DNA of 64,000 nucleotides from Bacteroidales bacterium (GTDB taxonomy: Bacteria; Bacteroidota; Bacteroidia; Bacteroidales; CAIWKO01): NCBI GenBank assembly GCA_963678485.1, contig OY782882.1:1754922-1818921 (forward strand), in the 5' to 3' direction. Both the position numbers and the translations under genes were made by a program. This document shows, in pieces, positions 10,261-19,661 of the stretch (its first letter is position 1; each line of letters opens with the position of its first letter). The notes under the pieces are model-generated. The model was not told the origin of the DNA, did not search any database, and saw nothing but the letters and a program-made list of their open reading frames with translations.

Positions 10261-12347
10261 TGAAAAAAATACTAATATTTACAACTATTATACTTTCATT
10301 ACTGCCGTTCAGTCTGTTTTCACAAAGCGCATCGACTGATCAGGCATTACTTTCAAAATACTGGAAATATCGCCTTCGTCTCAAATACTTTGTCATTCCG
10401 GGCAATGCCGGACAACTCAGAGGTGAAGGGATGGTCGCAGGCATTAGAAATCAACAATCCACTGGTTTAATTTCCTATGGTGATCAGATGGTACACATGG
10501 GTTATTATTTAGGTGTGCTGGCAACTGAATATGCGTTGCTGGTTAGTTACGGACAAGATGCTTCAGCAACGCTTCAGGAATTAAATACGGCTCTCGATTG
10601 TTACGTAAGAAATGATCTTTGCGAAAGTCGCATGCCCTGGTATAAAAATTTTGATACCTATGATGGATTTCATATGCGCCAGGATGTTCCTGAATCTTTC
10701 ATCGTTGAACATCCACAGATCAACGAGGGGCTTACTTCCACAGATATTGTCGGCAGCCTAAGTCCGGGGCGACCAGCTTGGGTAGAACATGTGTCGGCCA
10801 ACGATTATCAAAACTGGGAAGTTGAACCGGGTGGCACACCTCATTTGGTCTTTCAATCAGATCAAGACATGAAGAATGGATCAATGAGTCAAGACAATGC
10901 CATTGGGCTATTGAAAGGACTTGCGCTGGTACATAAATGTATTCCATCAGGATATTATGCACACGATAAGGCCTCTGAAATTGCCAACAAAGTCATAACA
11001 AGGATGTGGGGAGCAGGATCATGGATTATTCTAGATCCCAATAAAGAAGCGGTACCTAGAGGTTCTGATGCATATTTCTACTCCATTCCACTGACTGTTA
11101 TCAATCTCACCATGGATAATCCACCACTACCCAGCCCGGTGCTTGCGCAGAATGCAAACCTCACCTGGCAAGGATTGCAATATGTTCCAACAGAACCGAT
11201 GAACAATTGCATGACAATGACGATGGCCGCTCTGTGTGATTGCTGGAATGGGTCGCTTGTTGGACTACCCGGAGTAAACACCACTAAAGGTTGCATATAT
11301 CAGCTCTCTGAGCAAGACAATTGGGATACATTTTATCTGCTCCTTTGGGAATATCTTCACGATAAAAGTACTTCGCTGCTGAGCATGGGAAAAGTCAGAG
11401 ACCAGCTGATCGCCGCACCTTGCGACGGACCCTATTGCTACGATTCAGTTATGCACATTCACGCGGAGAATGGCTGGGCTTCGACCTACAAATTTGAGCA
11501 GGGTGAAGATTTCCAGAACCACGGAAAGATTGGGAGTCAAGGAAATTATAACGGATTAGATTATATGTTATTATACAATTTATATCACCTTGTCTCTCTC
11601 CGGGATAATTATACTCCATCAGCGTTTATTAATATGATAAGTATGAATCTAAGCGGAGAACTCCCGATGTGCCATTACAACAACAGTATCACAAATATTG
11701 GGAGTAGCCAGCATCCCTCCCATTATCAGGCGTTTGAGACGATTGTTTCTAATCAATTGATTGATACCTATGTCCACCCTGCCGAACCCATATGGAACAT
11801 TGGCAACTGTCCGACCATTGGTTCGTTTGATCCGGGCAGAGTAACATACAGAGCAGGTAAATCCATCCTTTTACAAGCTGGATTTCATGCAGTGGCAGGC
11901 TCATATTTCAGAGCATACATTGAGGGTTTTGATTGTCCCGATTTACAAAAAAAAGACACCAATAATAATCTTAACGACCATCAACTTCCAGCGATCATGG
12001 CAGAGTCGCAGGGAGAATGGAATGTGGAAGCGGCATTGGAAGCTATTCTCGGAACGTACAATGATAGCAGTTCAATGCCTACAAATAACTCATTGTCTCT
12101 TTCAGTCTTCCCAAATCCTTTCAGTGAACGAGTTATTTTACGATTCAACCTTCCCATCAATACTGACGTAAGTCTGTCCATTTACAATGTGAATGGACTG
12201 GTGGTATATAGTTCAATCTTTATGAATGTCAAGGCCGGAGCCAATTCCATAGAGGTCAACACACAGGAACTATCCTCCGGTCAGTATTGCATTGTATTAA
12301 AAGCGGACAATATTATTGCATCTAAAAATATCATAAAAGAAGAGTAG
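10257..12347 (+). CDS. secreted protein with T9SS (Por) C-terminal sorting domain
   Basis: 696 aa with a signal peptide. The last 80 or so residues (LSLSVFPNPFSERVILRFNLP...SLSIYNVNGLVVYS...LSSGQYCIVLKADN) fit the T9SS CTD pattern. The start overlaps the upstream stop by 4 nt. Confidence 0.75.
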   Translation: MMKKILIFTTIILSLLPFSLFSQSASTDQALLSKYWKYRLRLKYFVIPGNAGQLRGEGMVAGIRNQQSTGLISYGDQMVHMGYYLGVLATEYALLVSYGQDASATLQELNTALDCYVRNDLCESRMPWYKNFDTYDGFHMRQDVPESFIVEHPQINEGLTSTDIVGSLSPGRPAWVEHVSANDYQNWEVEPGGTPHLVFQSDQDMKNGSMSQDNAIGLLKGLALVHKCIPSGYYAHDKASEIANKVITRMWGAGSWIILDPNKEAVPRGSDAYFYSIPLTVINLTMDNPPLPSPVLAQNANLTWQGLQYVPTEPMNNCMTMTMAALCDCWNGSLVGLPGVNTTKGCIYQLSEQDNWDTFYLLLWEYLHDKSTSLLSMGKVRDQLIAAPCDGPYCYDSVMHIHAENGWASTYKFEQGEDFQNHGKIGSQGNYNGLDYMLLYNLYHLVSLRDNYTPSAFINMISMNLSGELPMCHYNNSITNIGSSQHPSHYQAFETIVSNQLIDTYVHPAEPIWNIGNCPTIGSFDPGRVTYRAGKSILLQAGFHAVAGSYFRAYIEGFDCPDLQKKDTNNNLNDHQLPAIMAESQGEWNVEAALEAILGTYNDSSSMPTNNSLSLSVFPNPFSERVILRFNLPINTDVSLSIYNVNGLVVYSSIFMNVKAGANSIEVNTQELSSGQYCIVLKADNIIASKNIIKEE

Positions 12348-12539
12348 TGCTGTAAAACTATCCAAAAGGCTGAGGGCAAGCCGGTTCTTTCATGTAAAAC
12401 GGGGAATGTTCAGGGACCGGTCTTACCCAAAAGCCACAATTACGGCACATACGATACTATTGCGCTATACAGAGGTAATGCAACAATCCTTCATGTTTGT
12501 TCACAACAATCCAGCTATTTAAATTATTCGCAATTTGAG

Positions 12540-12547
12540 TATCTTTG
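12540..12547 (+). promoter_or_regulatory. -7 box (TAtcTTTG) upstream of tyrS
   Basis: Match to TAnnTTTG, 16 nt upstream of the ATG at 12563. Confidence 0.45.
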
Positions 12548-12562
12548 CAAAAAATTCACACC

Positions 12563-13837
12563 ATGAACTTTGTTGAAGAATTGCGCTGGCGAGGGATGAT
12601 CCATGATATGATGCCGGGCACGGAAGAACAATTAATAAAAGAATCAACATCAGCCTATGTAGGGATTGATCCTACGGCAGATTCTCTGCATATCGGACAT
12701 CTTGTTTCAATCATGATGCTGAAGCACTTTCAATTGGCCGGGCACAGACCTATAGCTCTTGTTGGAGGAGCAACCGGGATGATTGGAGATCCTTCGGGGA
12801 AATCGGAAGAACGCAATCTACTAAGTGAAGACATACTCCGTCATAATCAGGAGTGTATTCGCAAGCAATTGCTCAGATTTTTGGATTTTGATACAAAAAC
12901 GAATCCTGCGAAGCTTGTCAATAATTACGATTGGATGAAGGAATTCACCTTTCTTTCTTTTCTTAGGGAAGTTGGAAAACACCTTACCGTAAATTATATG
13001 ATGGCTAAAGATTCTGTTCAAAAGCGATTGGAGACGGGTATTTCTTTTACAGAGTTTACCTATCAGCTTGTTCAGGGTTATGATTTTCTGCATTTATATG
13101 AAAATGAAAACTGCAAATTACAAATGGGAGGTTCCGATCAATGGGGGAATATTCTCACCGGAACAGAGCTTATTCGCAGGAAATCGGGAGGTACCGCCTT
13201 TGCACTGACTTGCCCATTAATAACCAAAGCTGATGGCGGAAAGTTCGGGAAAACCGAGGAAGGGAATGTATGGCTTGATGCTCAAAGGACATCACCTTAC
13301 AAATTTTATCAGTTCTGGCTCAACTGCTCTGATGAAGATGCCGCACGATATATAAAGATTTTCTCACTTTACAGTAAATCTGAAATTGACGCATTCATAT
13401 TGGAACATCAGCAGGCGCCCCATTTGCGAATCTTACAAAAAGCACTGGCAAAAGATATAACCATCCGAGTTCATTCTGAACAAGATTACACTCAAGCAGT
13501 GGACGCCTCTGAAATACTATTTGGGAAAGGGACAGAGGATGCATTAAAATCACTATCAGGAGAAATGCTGCTTGCAGTTTTTGAGGGTGTACCGCAATGT
13601 CAGGTCGCACGCGAACAATTATCAGCAGGAATCCCTGTTGTTGACTTTCTCAGCGAATCAACAAATATATTCCCAAGCAAGGGAGAGGTGCGCCGAATGC
13701 TCAAAGACGGCGGAGTCATGATTAATAAACAAAAGATATCTGACGACCTCGTTGTTGGCAAGAATCATCTACTTAGCGACCGTTATATTCTCGTTCAAAA
13801 AGGAAAAAAGAACTACTACCTGGTCGTTGTTTCTTAG
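12563..13837 (+). CDS. tyrS: tyrosine--tRNA ligase
   Basis: It has a HIGH motif (DSLHIGHLV), a KMSKS-type motif (KFGKTEEG) and a C-terminal S4-like domain. The ATG at 12563 is preferred over the track TTG at 12545. Confidence 0.95.
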   Translation: MNFVEELRWRGMIHDMMPGTEEQLIKESTSAYVGIDPTADSLHIGHLVSIMMLKHFQLAGHRPIALVGGATGMIGDPSGKSEERNLLSEDILRHNQECIRKQLLRFLDFDTKTNPAKLVNNYDWMKEFTFLSFLREVGKHLTVNYMMAKDSVQKRLETGISFTEFTYQLVQGYDFLHLYENENCKLQMGGSDQWGNILTGTELIRRKSGGTAFALTCPLITKADGGKFGKTEEGNVWLDAQRTSPYKFYQFWLNCSDEDAARYIKIFSLYSKSEIDAFILEHQQAPHLRILQKALAKDITIRVHSEQDYTQAVDASEILFGKGTEDALKSLSGEMLLAVFEGVPQCQVAREQLSAGIPVVDFLSESTNIFPSKGEVRRMLKDGGVMINKQKISDDLVVGKNHLLSDRYILVQKGKKNYYLVVVS

Positions 13838-13960
13838 TATTGTTTATCACTTTATAAAAGAAACTTTATATCAATGCGGAGTTTTTTTGGACAACTATGT
13901 CCTCTCCCAAATATCAATTCCCACAAGCAACTCAGGGCAAAGCATTACTTAAACAACCTC

Positions 13961-14286
13961 TTTAACTGCGAATGACGCGGATTTACGCGAATAATATTCA
14001 TTACATAACTATTCGTGTCCATTCGTGAAATTCGTAGTATAATCCATAAAGTAAGGTACAAGGATGTTATCCTTTCTTTTTTGGTTTAACTGCGAATGAC
14101 GCGGATTGGCGCGAATAATATTCTTTACAAATTCATTCGTGTCCATTCGTGAAATTCGTAGTATAATCCATAAAGTAAGGTACAAGGATGTTATCCTTTC
14201 TTTTTTGGTTTAACTGCGAATGACGCGGATTGGCGCGAATAATATTCTTTACAAATTCATTCGTGTCCATTCGTGAAATTCGTAGT
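13961..14286 (+). repeat. 124-bp tandem repeat, about 2.6 copies, each unit carrying a long hairpin plus a weak terminator-like hairpin
   Basis: Unit starts (tttaactgcg) lie at 13961, 14085 and 14209. Copies 2 and 3 are identical over the stretch they share. In copy 2, a 27-nt arm at 14090-14116 pairs with 14135-14161. Confidence 0.9.
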
Positions 14287-14427
14287 TAAAATCATTAAAG
14301 GTGCATCATAAAGAATTTCAGTTTTCAATTAAAAGAAGTGACTTGTTGCACTGAGATTTTTGATGCGAATAATGTTAGTTAATCTGTTTTTTTGGAAAAA
14401 TATTTTTATTATTTTTACAAGAAAAAC

Positions 14428-14826
14428 ATGAACAAATTATTCTTTAAGGAGGAATCCTATGCTATCATAGGAGCCTGCATGGAAGTCCATAATCAGTTGG
14501 GCCCCGGCTTTCTTGAATCTGTCTATCAGGAAGCATTGCACATCGAAATGATAAATAGAAAAATTCCCCATTTTCAGCAAATCGAAATCCCTGTGCATTA
14601 CAAAAGAGAGCCTCTTAAAAAAAGTTTTAAGGTGGACTTTTTATGTTATGATCAAATTTTGGTTGAGATTAAGGCGATAAAAGAGCTTTCAAATCTCGAA
14701 AAATCAATTGCTTTAAACTACCTCAAAGCCGGACAATTTCCGTTATGCTTACTGATTAATTTTGGAGAAGAATATCTGGTATATGAAAGATTTTTACTGA
14801 CGGAAAAACTGAAATATCCGTTGTAA
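14428..14826 (+). CDS. GxxExxY protein (PD-(D/E)XK nuclease superfamily)
   Basis: The GPGFLESVYQEAL motif (G-x-x-E-x-x-Y), the later DFLCYDQILVEIKA motif and a length of about 130 aa are typical of the family. The ATG at 14428 is preferred. Confidence 0.85.
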   Translation: MNKLFFKEESYAIIGACMEVHNQLGPGFLESVYQEALHIEMINRKIPHFQQIEIPVHYKREPLKKSFKVDFLCYDQILVEIKAIKELSNLEKSIALNYLKAGQFPLCLLINFGEEYLVYERFLLTEKLKYPL

Positions 14827-14837
14827 AACGCATCCAA

Positions 14838-15713
14838 TTATTGTCCTTTTGAAGTGCCTTTTTCTTTCTTTATCAAACGCACAGTACGCCAAAAAACTTT
14901 TGCAAAAAGCCAATAGGCCTGTATGAACGCGCTTCGTGGAAAAACTATACGGCTATAGTTCTTAAACACACGAATGCGGGAAGCGTCGGTTTTAATACCA
15001 TAGAGCGCTAATTTTTTCCCAATTAAACTGAAACCTGGTATTGCATCTTTGTCGATTTTATTTCTTCTCCACTCTTCATTCACTAAATGTAAAACTTCCC
15101 AATGTGCCGGAATTCGAGGGTTTCGATACAGCAAGGTACGAACATATCTCCAACTATCCTGATTCGAAAATTCATGAATGCATGATTGTAGTTCATGCTT
15201 TACAATAGCTTCGTTTAGTATCCTTATTGGAAGGTTCCAATCTGTATTGTCGGCATTTACCTGTGCAACGGCTAATTCATAACATTCATACATGAGCTGC
15301 GATTCCTTGGGACATTTCATGATGTTGCCTACCACTGGAAAGTCATGGTGCGTCCGAAAAACATAAGGTTCCAAAAAATCCAGTGAACGCAAACATACCA
15401 CATCCATATCCGTCCACCAACCCCCATACAAAAACAATAATTTATAACGGAATATATCTGAAAATCCAGCAAAACTGCCCTTTCCATGACCATATTGATT
15501 TTTGTTACGATAGGCAAAAACCTCAGACTTTGGAATTATCGTATTGGCATCTCCGAGAATTACTGCATCAGGTAACACAGTACTGAGGTTGTCGTATACC
15601 CATAAATGAAATTCGTGGCCGTTAGAAATAAAGGAGTTTATGCACAGCAGTTCCACTACAGACAACTCAGTGCCAATCCACAAACCATGAACTATTTTAT
15701 TGTCCTGTGTCAT
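14838..15713 (-). CDS. glycosyltransferase, DXD-motif sugar transferase (GT32-like)
   Basis: 291 aa. IVHGLWIGTELS...SDIFRYKLLFLYGGWWTDMDVVCL fits the Gly_transf_sug pattern. Its start abuts the stop of the upstream rSAM gene with no gap. Confidence 0.7.
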   Translation of the reverse strand: MTQDNKIVHGLWIGTELSVVELLCINSFISNGHEFHLWVYDNLSTVLPDAVILGDANTIIPKSEVFAYRNKNQYGHGKGSFAGFSDIFRYKLLFLYGGWWTDMDVVCLRSLDFLEPYVFRTHHDFPVVGNIMKCPKESQLMYECYELAVAQVNADNTDWNLPIRILNEAIVKHELQSCIHEFSNQDSWRYVRTLLYRNPRIPAHWEVLHLVNEEWRRNKIDKDAIPGFSLIGKKLALYGIKTDASRIRVFKNYSRIVFPRSAFIQAYWLFAKVFWRTVRLIKKEKGTSKGQ

Positions 15714-16892
15714 CTAATTCATTGCTGGGATGGATACAACCTTCGCATCTTTCCATTGGGTGATTGTTTGAACAAACTCCATATAACGCGCATTATTCTC
15801 TCTGGACTGCAAGCTGTTTTGTTCTAACCGATGCGCAGTAAGGACTTCAACAACATGTACAATATCCGAATAACTCAAACTATTCAATGATAATTCTTCT
15901 GGAAAAACAACCGTACTAATGTTGATACCTGTTTGATGGTTATTACAGAAATCAATCATTGCAGGCAGATCCTGCCAGTTATGGATGGATGGAGTAAAAG
16001 AAACAGATAGCAGATTGCCCTTACGTTTGCTATAATCACAATAATATTCAAAGCTCTTCATTACATCTTCGAAAATTGCGTTTTTTCTAATCTTCTCAAA
16101 GCTTTCTTTATTCAGCGAATCTATAGAGATCATAATAAAAAAGCGCGCCTTCTCCATAAGTTCTTTAGCTTTGGGAGTAAGTACCGTTCCGTTAGTCAGA
16201 ACATTGATACGTAAAGAAGGATTTACTCTGGCTATTAACTCCCACAAACTATAATAAATATTGATTAGAAACGGCTCTCCCCCACAGCAATTGATGTGTT
16301 TTAAGTACGGGAGAAATGGTGCCAGCGATTGTATGAATGATTCATCATAGGGCATGTTCAAGGGCTCAAGATTCTTCTTCATGCGATGAGTGGAGGACTC
16401 AAACTCATTACACATCACACATTCAAGATTACACCGATTGTCGAGCCAAAGATCTAGTGATGCTGGATACCGATACCGTGTTCTAAAGCTATATCGATCG
16501 AAGGTTTTTGAAAACATCAGGCTGCTTTGATTGGTTTCAAACCAATGGCGACAGTCCTTACATTCGTCGGGAAAAATTCCGCGACGAATGCTTCGACGTA
16601 TCTTTTTTACATGTTCAGATCTCCATATCTCTTCAATGCTTTGCTCAGGATATGTTCCCAACACAACCGAGCTTCGGCAACAGATGTATACTCGTCCTTC
16701 AAGACTTACAAAGAGATTTCTGAATGGCGCATAGCAAAGCTGTGGCTGAAATCCGTGCATACGTCCCTTGTTGTACTGCAGCCATCTTTTGTACGGTAAC
16801 GACTGTTGTCCTGCAAATTTAGAAAGCAGGAAATGCAGCGTGCTATAGACACGCTTGCATCCAAGAAATACCTTGACCAACAGCTGTTTCAT
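15714..16892 (-). CDS. radical SAM enzyme with N-terminal SPASM/twitch-like Cys module (array paralog A1)
   Basis: 392 aa. N-terminal module CYAPFRNLFVSLEGRVYICC...EIW...CKDC, then CNLECVMC and GGEPFLI. It is the shortest paralog and lacks the C-terminal tail. Confidence 0.85.
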   Translation of the reverse strand: MKQLLVKVFLGCKRVYSTLHFLLSKFAGQQSLPYKRWLQYNKGRMHGFQPQLCYAPFRNLFVSLEGRVYICCRSSVVLGTYPEQSIEEIWRSEHVKKIRRSIRRGIFPDECKDCRHWFETNQSSLMFSKTFDRYSFRTRYRYPASLDLWLDNRCNLECVMCNEFESSTHRMKKNLEPLNMPYDESFIQSLAPFLPYLKHINCCGGEPFLINIYYSLWELIARVNPSLRINVLTNGTVLTPKAKELMEKARFFIMISIDSLNKESFEKIRKNAIFEDVMKSFEYYCDYSKRKGNLLSVSFTPSIHNWQDLPAMIDFCNNHQTGINISTVVFPEELSLNSLSYSDIVHVVEVLTAHRLEQNSLQSRENNARYMEFVQTITQWKDAKVVSIPAMN

Positions 16893-16909
16893 AGATCACC
16901 AATATACAA

Positions 16910-18439
16910 TCATTCTATAATGATATGAGTACTCTTTAATTCCTCTTGTTTTCTGATAAATAGCTCAGCGATGGCTTCATTATCCATTTCCGCGAGCCCC
17001 TGCATCACTTTTTCCTTTGCTGTATTCAACAGGAAAAAATAAATAATTGCCTGCGAAAGTCCCTTTTTTGCAATTATCAAATCAATGCGATTAAGAAAAT
17101 CAGGCATCGCCGATTCGTTTGAAAACACTGCATACGTTCCCAGATACTTTTCAAATTTTGAAGAAAATTCGTTTCGAAACCTTGACGCATCTGCAATCCG
17201 AATTTCTTCCTTTTCTATATAATCTCCCTCCTCTTGTTGTGAAGCGTATTTTCTGAATTCACTTATATAATCGGGATTACGCTGCTGTTCTTTGTACCAG
17301 AATGCAATATCGCCAACCATTTCTCTGAAGTTTTTTTCATTCGTATTTTCGGGAAGATTCACAGCATTATAAAAATCCAGAATTTCCTTTTGATTGACAA
17401 TCGGAAGATTCCACAAACTAAGCGTTTCGGGATAATAAGCAACACTGAAGTATACTTCCATGTTCCACTCATTGCATTGTTTCACCATTTCCGGAATCTC
17501 TCTCCAATTCGTTCGTGTAGGAGTAATGAAAACACGCAGTTGTTTTCGGTGACGCTGCATATAATCATTGAAGTAATGCAAATGCTCCATGGTTTTTTCG
17601 AAAACAGCATTCACGCGTATCCTTTCATAGCAATCCTTTTGGAAGGAATCAACAGAAACGTTAATAGTGAAGTTTCCCCGTTCGAGCAGACTTTTTACTG
17701 TATCATTTAAGATGGTTCCATTGGTAAGAACATACAGATCAATGTTTGAATTCGCTGTAATAAATGCATTCCAGATATCATAATAAATATCAATCATGAA
17801 TGGTTCCCCTCCATAAAAACGGGCTTGCTTAAGGTGAGGGATGAATTCTTCCAATTGCTTCACAAAGTTGCTATCGTATGGCATTTTCAAGGGTTCACGA
17901 CCCTCCCTGTGCTTGCGAATACCAGATGAAACTCTGCCTGAACACATTTCACATTCAAGATTACAGACATTGCTAAGTTCAAACTCCATCATTCGCGGAT
18001 ACTCTGAAACAGGCCATGCCCTAAGAAAGTCAAATCCACTGGCAGTCATTGAACCATAATTTCCCGAATGCAGTGCTTCCCGGCATTTATAGCAACCATG
18101 CGACAAATCATTATGTTGAATATATGCTCTCAAACGATCAATCTTTTCGCTGAACCACATCGAATGTATACTTGAACCGGGATATTTTCCGAGCACAACC
18201 TTCGTGTTTTTACAGCAAACGATTGCCTTGCCATCTGTATTAAAAAACAAGTTGGAAAATGGAGCATAGCAGAATCGCTGCGCCGGCCCATACGGCCGAT
18301 GATTGTTGTAATCAAGAATGCGTTTTTTGTCTTCAGGAACGAAACCGTTTTCAACTGTTGGGTAGGAATAGAATGCTGAGGCTGCTTTATTAAGCAGTCT
18401 GGCGGAGCGGCGAATAATATTTCTTCTTCCATCACTCAT
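16910..18439 (-). CDS. radical SAM enzyme with N-terminal SPASM/twitch-like Cys module (A2)
   Basis: 509 aa. CYAPFSNLFFNTDGKAIVCC...SMW...GCYKC, then CNLECEMC and GGEPFMI, with a helical tail of about 130 aa. Confidence 0.85.
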   Translation of the reverse strand: MSDGRRNIIRRSARLLNKAASAFYSYPTVENGFVPEDKKRILDYNNHRPYGPAQRFCYAPFSNLFFNTDGKAIVCCKNTKVVLGKYPGSSIHSMWFSEKIDRLRAYIQHNDLSHGCYKCREALHSGNYGSMTASGFDFLRAWPVSEYPRMMEFELSNVCNLECEMCSGRVSSGIRKHREGREPLKMPYDSNFVKQLEEFIPHLKQARFYGGEPFMIDIYYDIWNAFITANSNIDLYVLTNGTILNDTVKSLLERGNFTINVSVDSFQKDCYERIRVNAVFEKTMEHLHYFNDYMQRHRKQLRVFITPTRTNWREIPEMVKQCNEWNMEVYFSVAYYPETLSLWNLPIVNQKEILDFYNAVNLPENTNEKNFREMVGDIAFWYKEQQRNPDYISEFRKYASQQEEGDYIEKEEIRIADASRFRNEFSSKFEKYLGTYAVFSNESAMPDFLNRIDLIIAKKGLSQAIIYFFLLNTAKEKVMQGLAEMDNEAIAELFIRKQEELKSTHIIIE

Positions 18440-19661
18440 CGAAACTAACTCCTTTCGATTTGCCGAATGCCTTCAGGTACTGCCAAACCTCCCACTGCTC
18501 ATCACCAAAGCGGTGATATACATGTACCATTTCAGGTTGTATAATGCTTGCAAAATTATCTTTGGTGAAGCCGCCCTTTCCATCCAACCCAAGTCCGGGC
18601 TTGTAATAATCAAGAATAAAATTAAAGCGGCTGTCAATCGTCCTGCAGTTTTGCAATCCAAATCTCCAAACAGTCTGCGCCAATGTTCCCTGATCGCGAA
18701 CTTTCCAATCGGCATCCTTAAAAATGCTTATTGTCCTTTCGTGCCAATACTCTAGAAATTCAACTGAGTTCCGATTAAAGAGGAATAGTCCACCATTCCA
18801 GTGTTGCCAGCTATCCGGAGATATTTCACACCCATTCGACTTTTTAATCAGTTCGTGAAGATGGGTGCAGCGTGGGATGCAGGCATCATGGTCCGATTGT
18901 TCGCTCCAAAAATTTCCCTCGGGCACATAGGTAAAACCTGTCTTTCTTGCGATATACTCATAATACGTAACGATTGGAAACAGGATAACTTCTCCCTTGT
19001 AGTTTCTCCACACTTTTAGCTTTTTATCCCATGAATAGGATTTGAACGATGCCTTGCGACAAAGGGGACAGGCCTTTTCTATGGCAAAACGTGATAATGC
19101 AAATAGATTGCGCGATTTCTTTGCATTTGCTTCTGCAATGATGGCGTCTAAAACATCACCTTTATGTTCCTTTTTGAACGCCTCCCATTCAGCTAATAAT
19201 TTCGCATAAGCACTTTGTGCTTCAAGGAGGTGTTGCTCATTTTGTCGGGCTTTTTCATAACAACCGCAATTCACCGCGTAGGGACTAAAAAGATCAAGGG
19301 TGATATTGTCAGCACAAAAGCCAATAACTTCGGGCTCCTCCAAAAAGACTTCATCAGCCTTATCGCTGATTGCAAGAATATCTGAATCCAGATAACAGTA
19401 CTTTCCTTTATCAAGATCAAGGTAACGATGAATGGATGTTTTAAGGAATACGGATGCCTGATGATGCGTGTATGCCTTATCAGTTCTAACATCAACGATA
19501 TGTTCACACTGAATGGGACATTCATTTCTACTGCTATCGGTAATGACGATAACATCACTTTTTGAAAATACCTTCAAAAAACGCAATGCAATATTGAGGG
19601 TGTCGATATAGACCTCTCCACCGCAAACAACAAATACAAAAGTATTTTTCGGGTTTACCAT
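18432..19661 (-). CDS. hypothetical protein, possible GT-A fold nucleotide-sugar transferase with Cys-pair insertion
   Basis: 409 aa. The N-terminus FVFVVCGGEVYIDTLNIALRFL...YCYLDSDILA resembles a GT-A Rossmann-like start with a DxD motif. Three Cys pairs are present (NCGC, CPLC, CIPRC). It overlaps both flanking rSAM genes by 7-8 nt. Confidence 0.35.
   Translation of the reverse strand: MVNPKNTFVFVVCGGEVYIDTLNIALRFLKVFSKSDVIVITDSSRNECPIQCEHIVDVRTDKAYTHHQASVFLKTSIHRYLDLDKGKYCYLDSDILAISDKADEVFLEEPEVIGFCADNITLDLFSPYAVNCGCYEKARQNEQHLLEAQSAYAKLLAEWEAFKKEHKGDVLDAIIAEANAKKSRNLFALSRFAIEKACPLCRKASFKSYSWDKKLKVWRNYKGEVILFPIVTYYEYIARKTGFTYVPEGNFWSEQSDHDACIPRCTHLHELIKKSNGCEISPDSWQHWNGGLFLFNRNSVEFLEYWHERTISIFKDADWKVRDQGTLAQTVWRFGLQNCRTIDSRFNFILDYYKPGLGLDGKGGFTKDNFASIIQPEMVHVYHRFGDEQWEVWQYLKAFGKSKGVSFDE

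Noticed and set aside
12348-12540. A possible structured leader or T-box upstream of tyrS. The stem is gggcaagccggt (about 12374-12385) paired with accggtcttaccc (about 12416-12428).
   Set aside because: It is a single imperfect stem with a mismatch and a bulge. There is no T-box specifier or antiterminator sequence, and Bacteroidota are not known to me to use T-boxes. It is not followed by a T-run, so it is not a convincing terminator either.
13961-14286. Possible CRISPR array, because of the regularly spaced repeats.
   Set aside because: The whole 124-bp unit is repeated, spacer-equivalent sequence included. There are no unique spacers, no short 25-40 bp repeat structure and no cas genes in the window.
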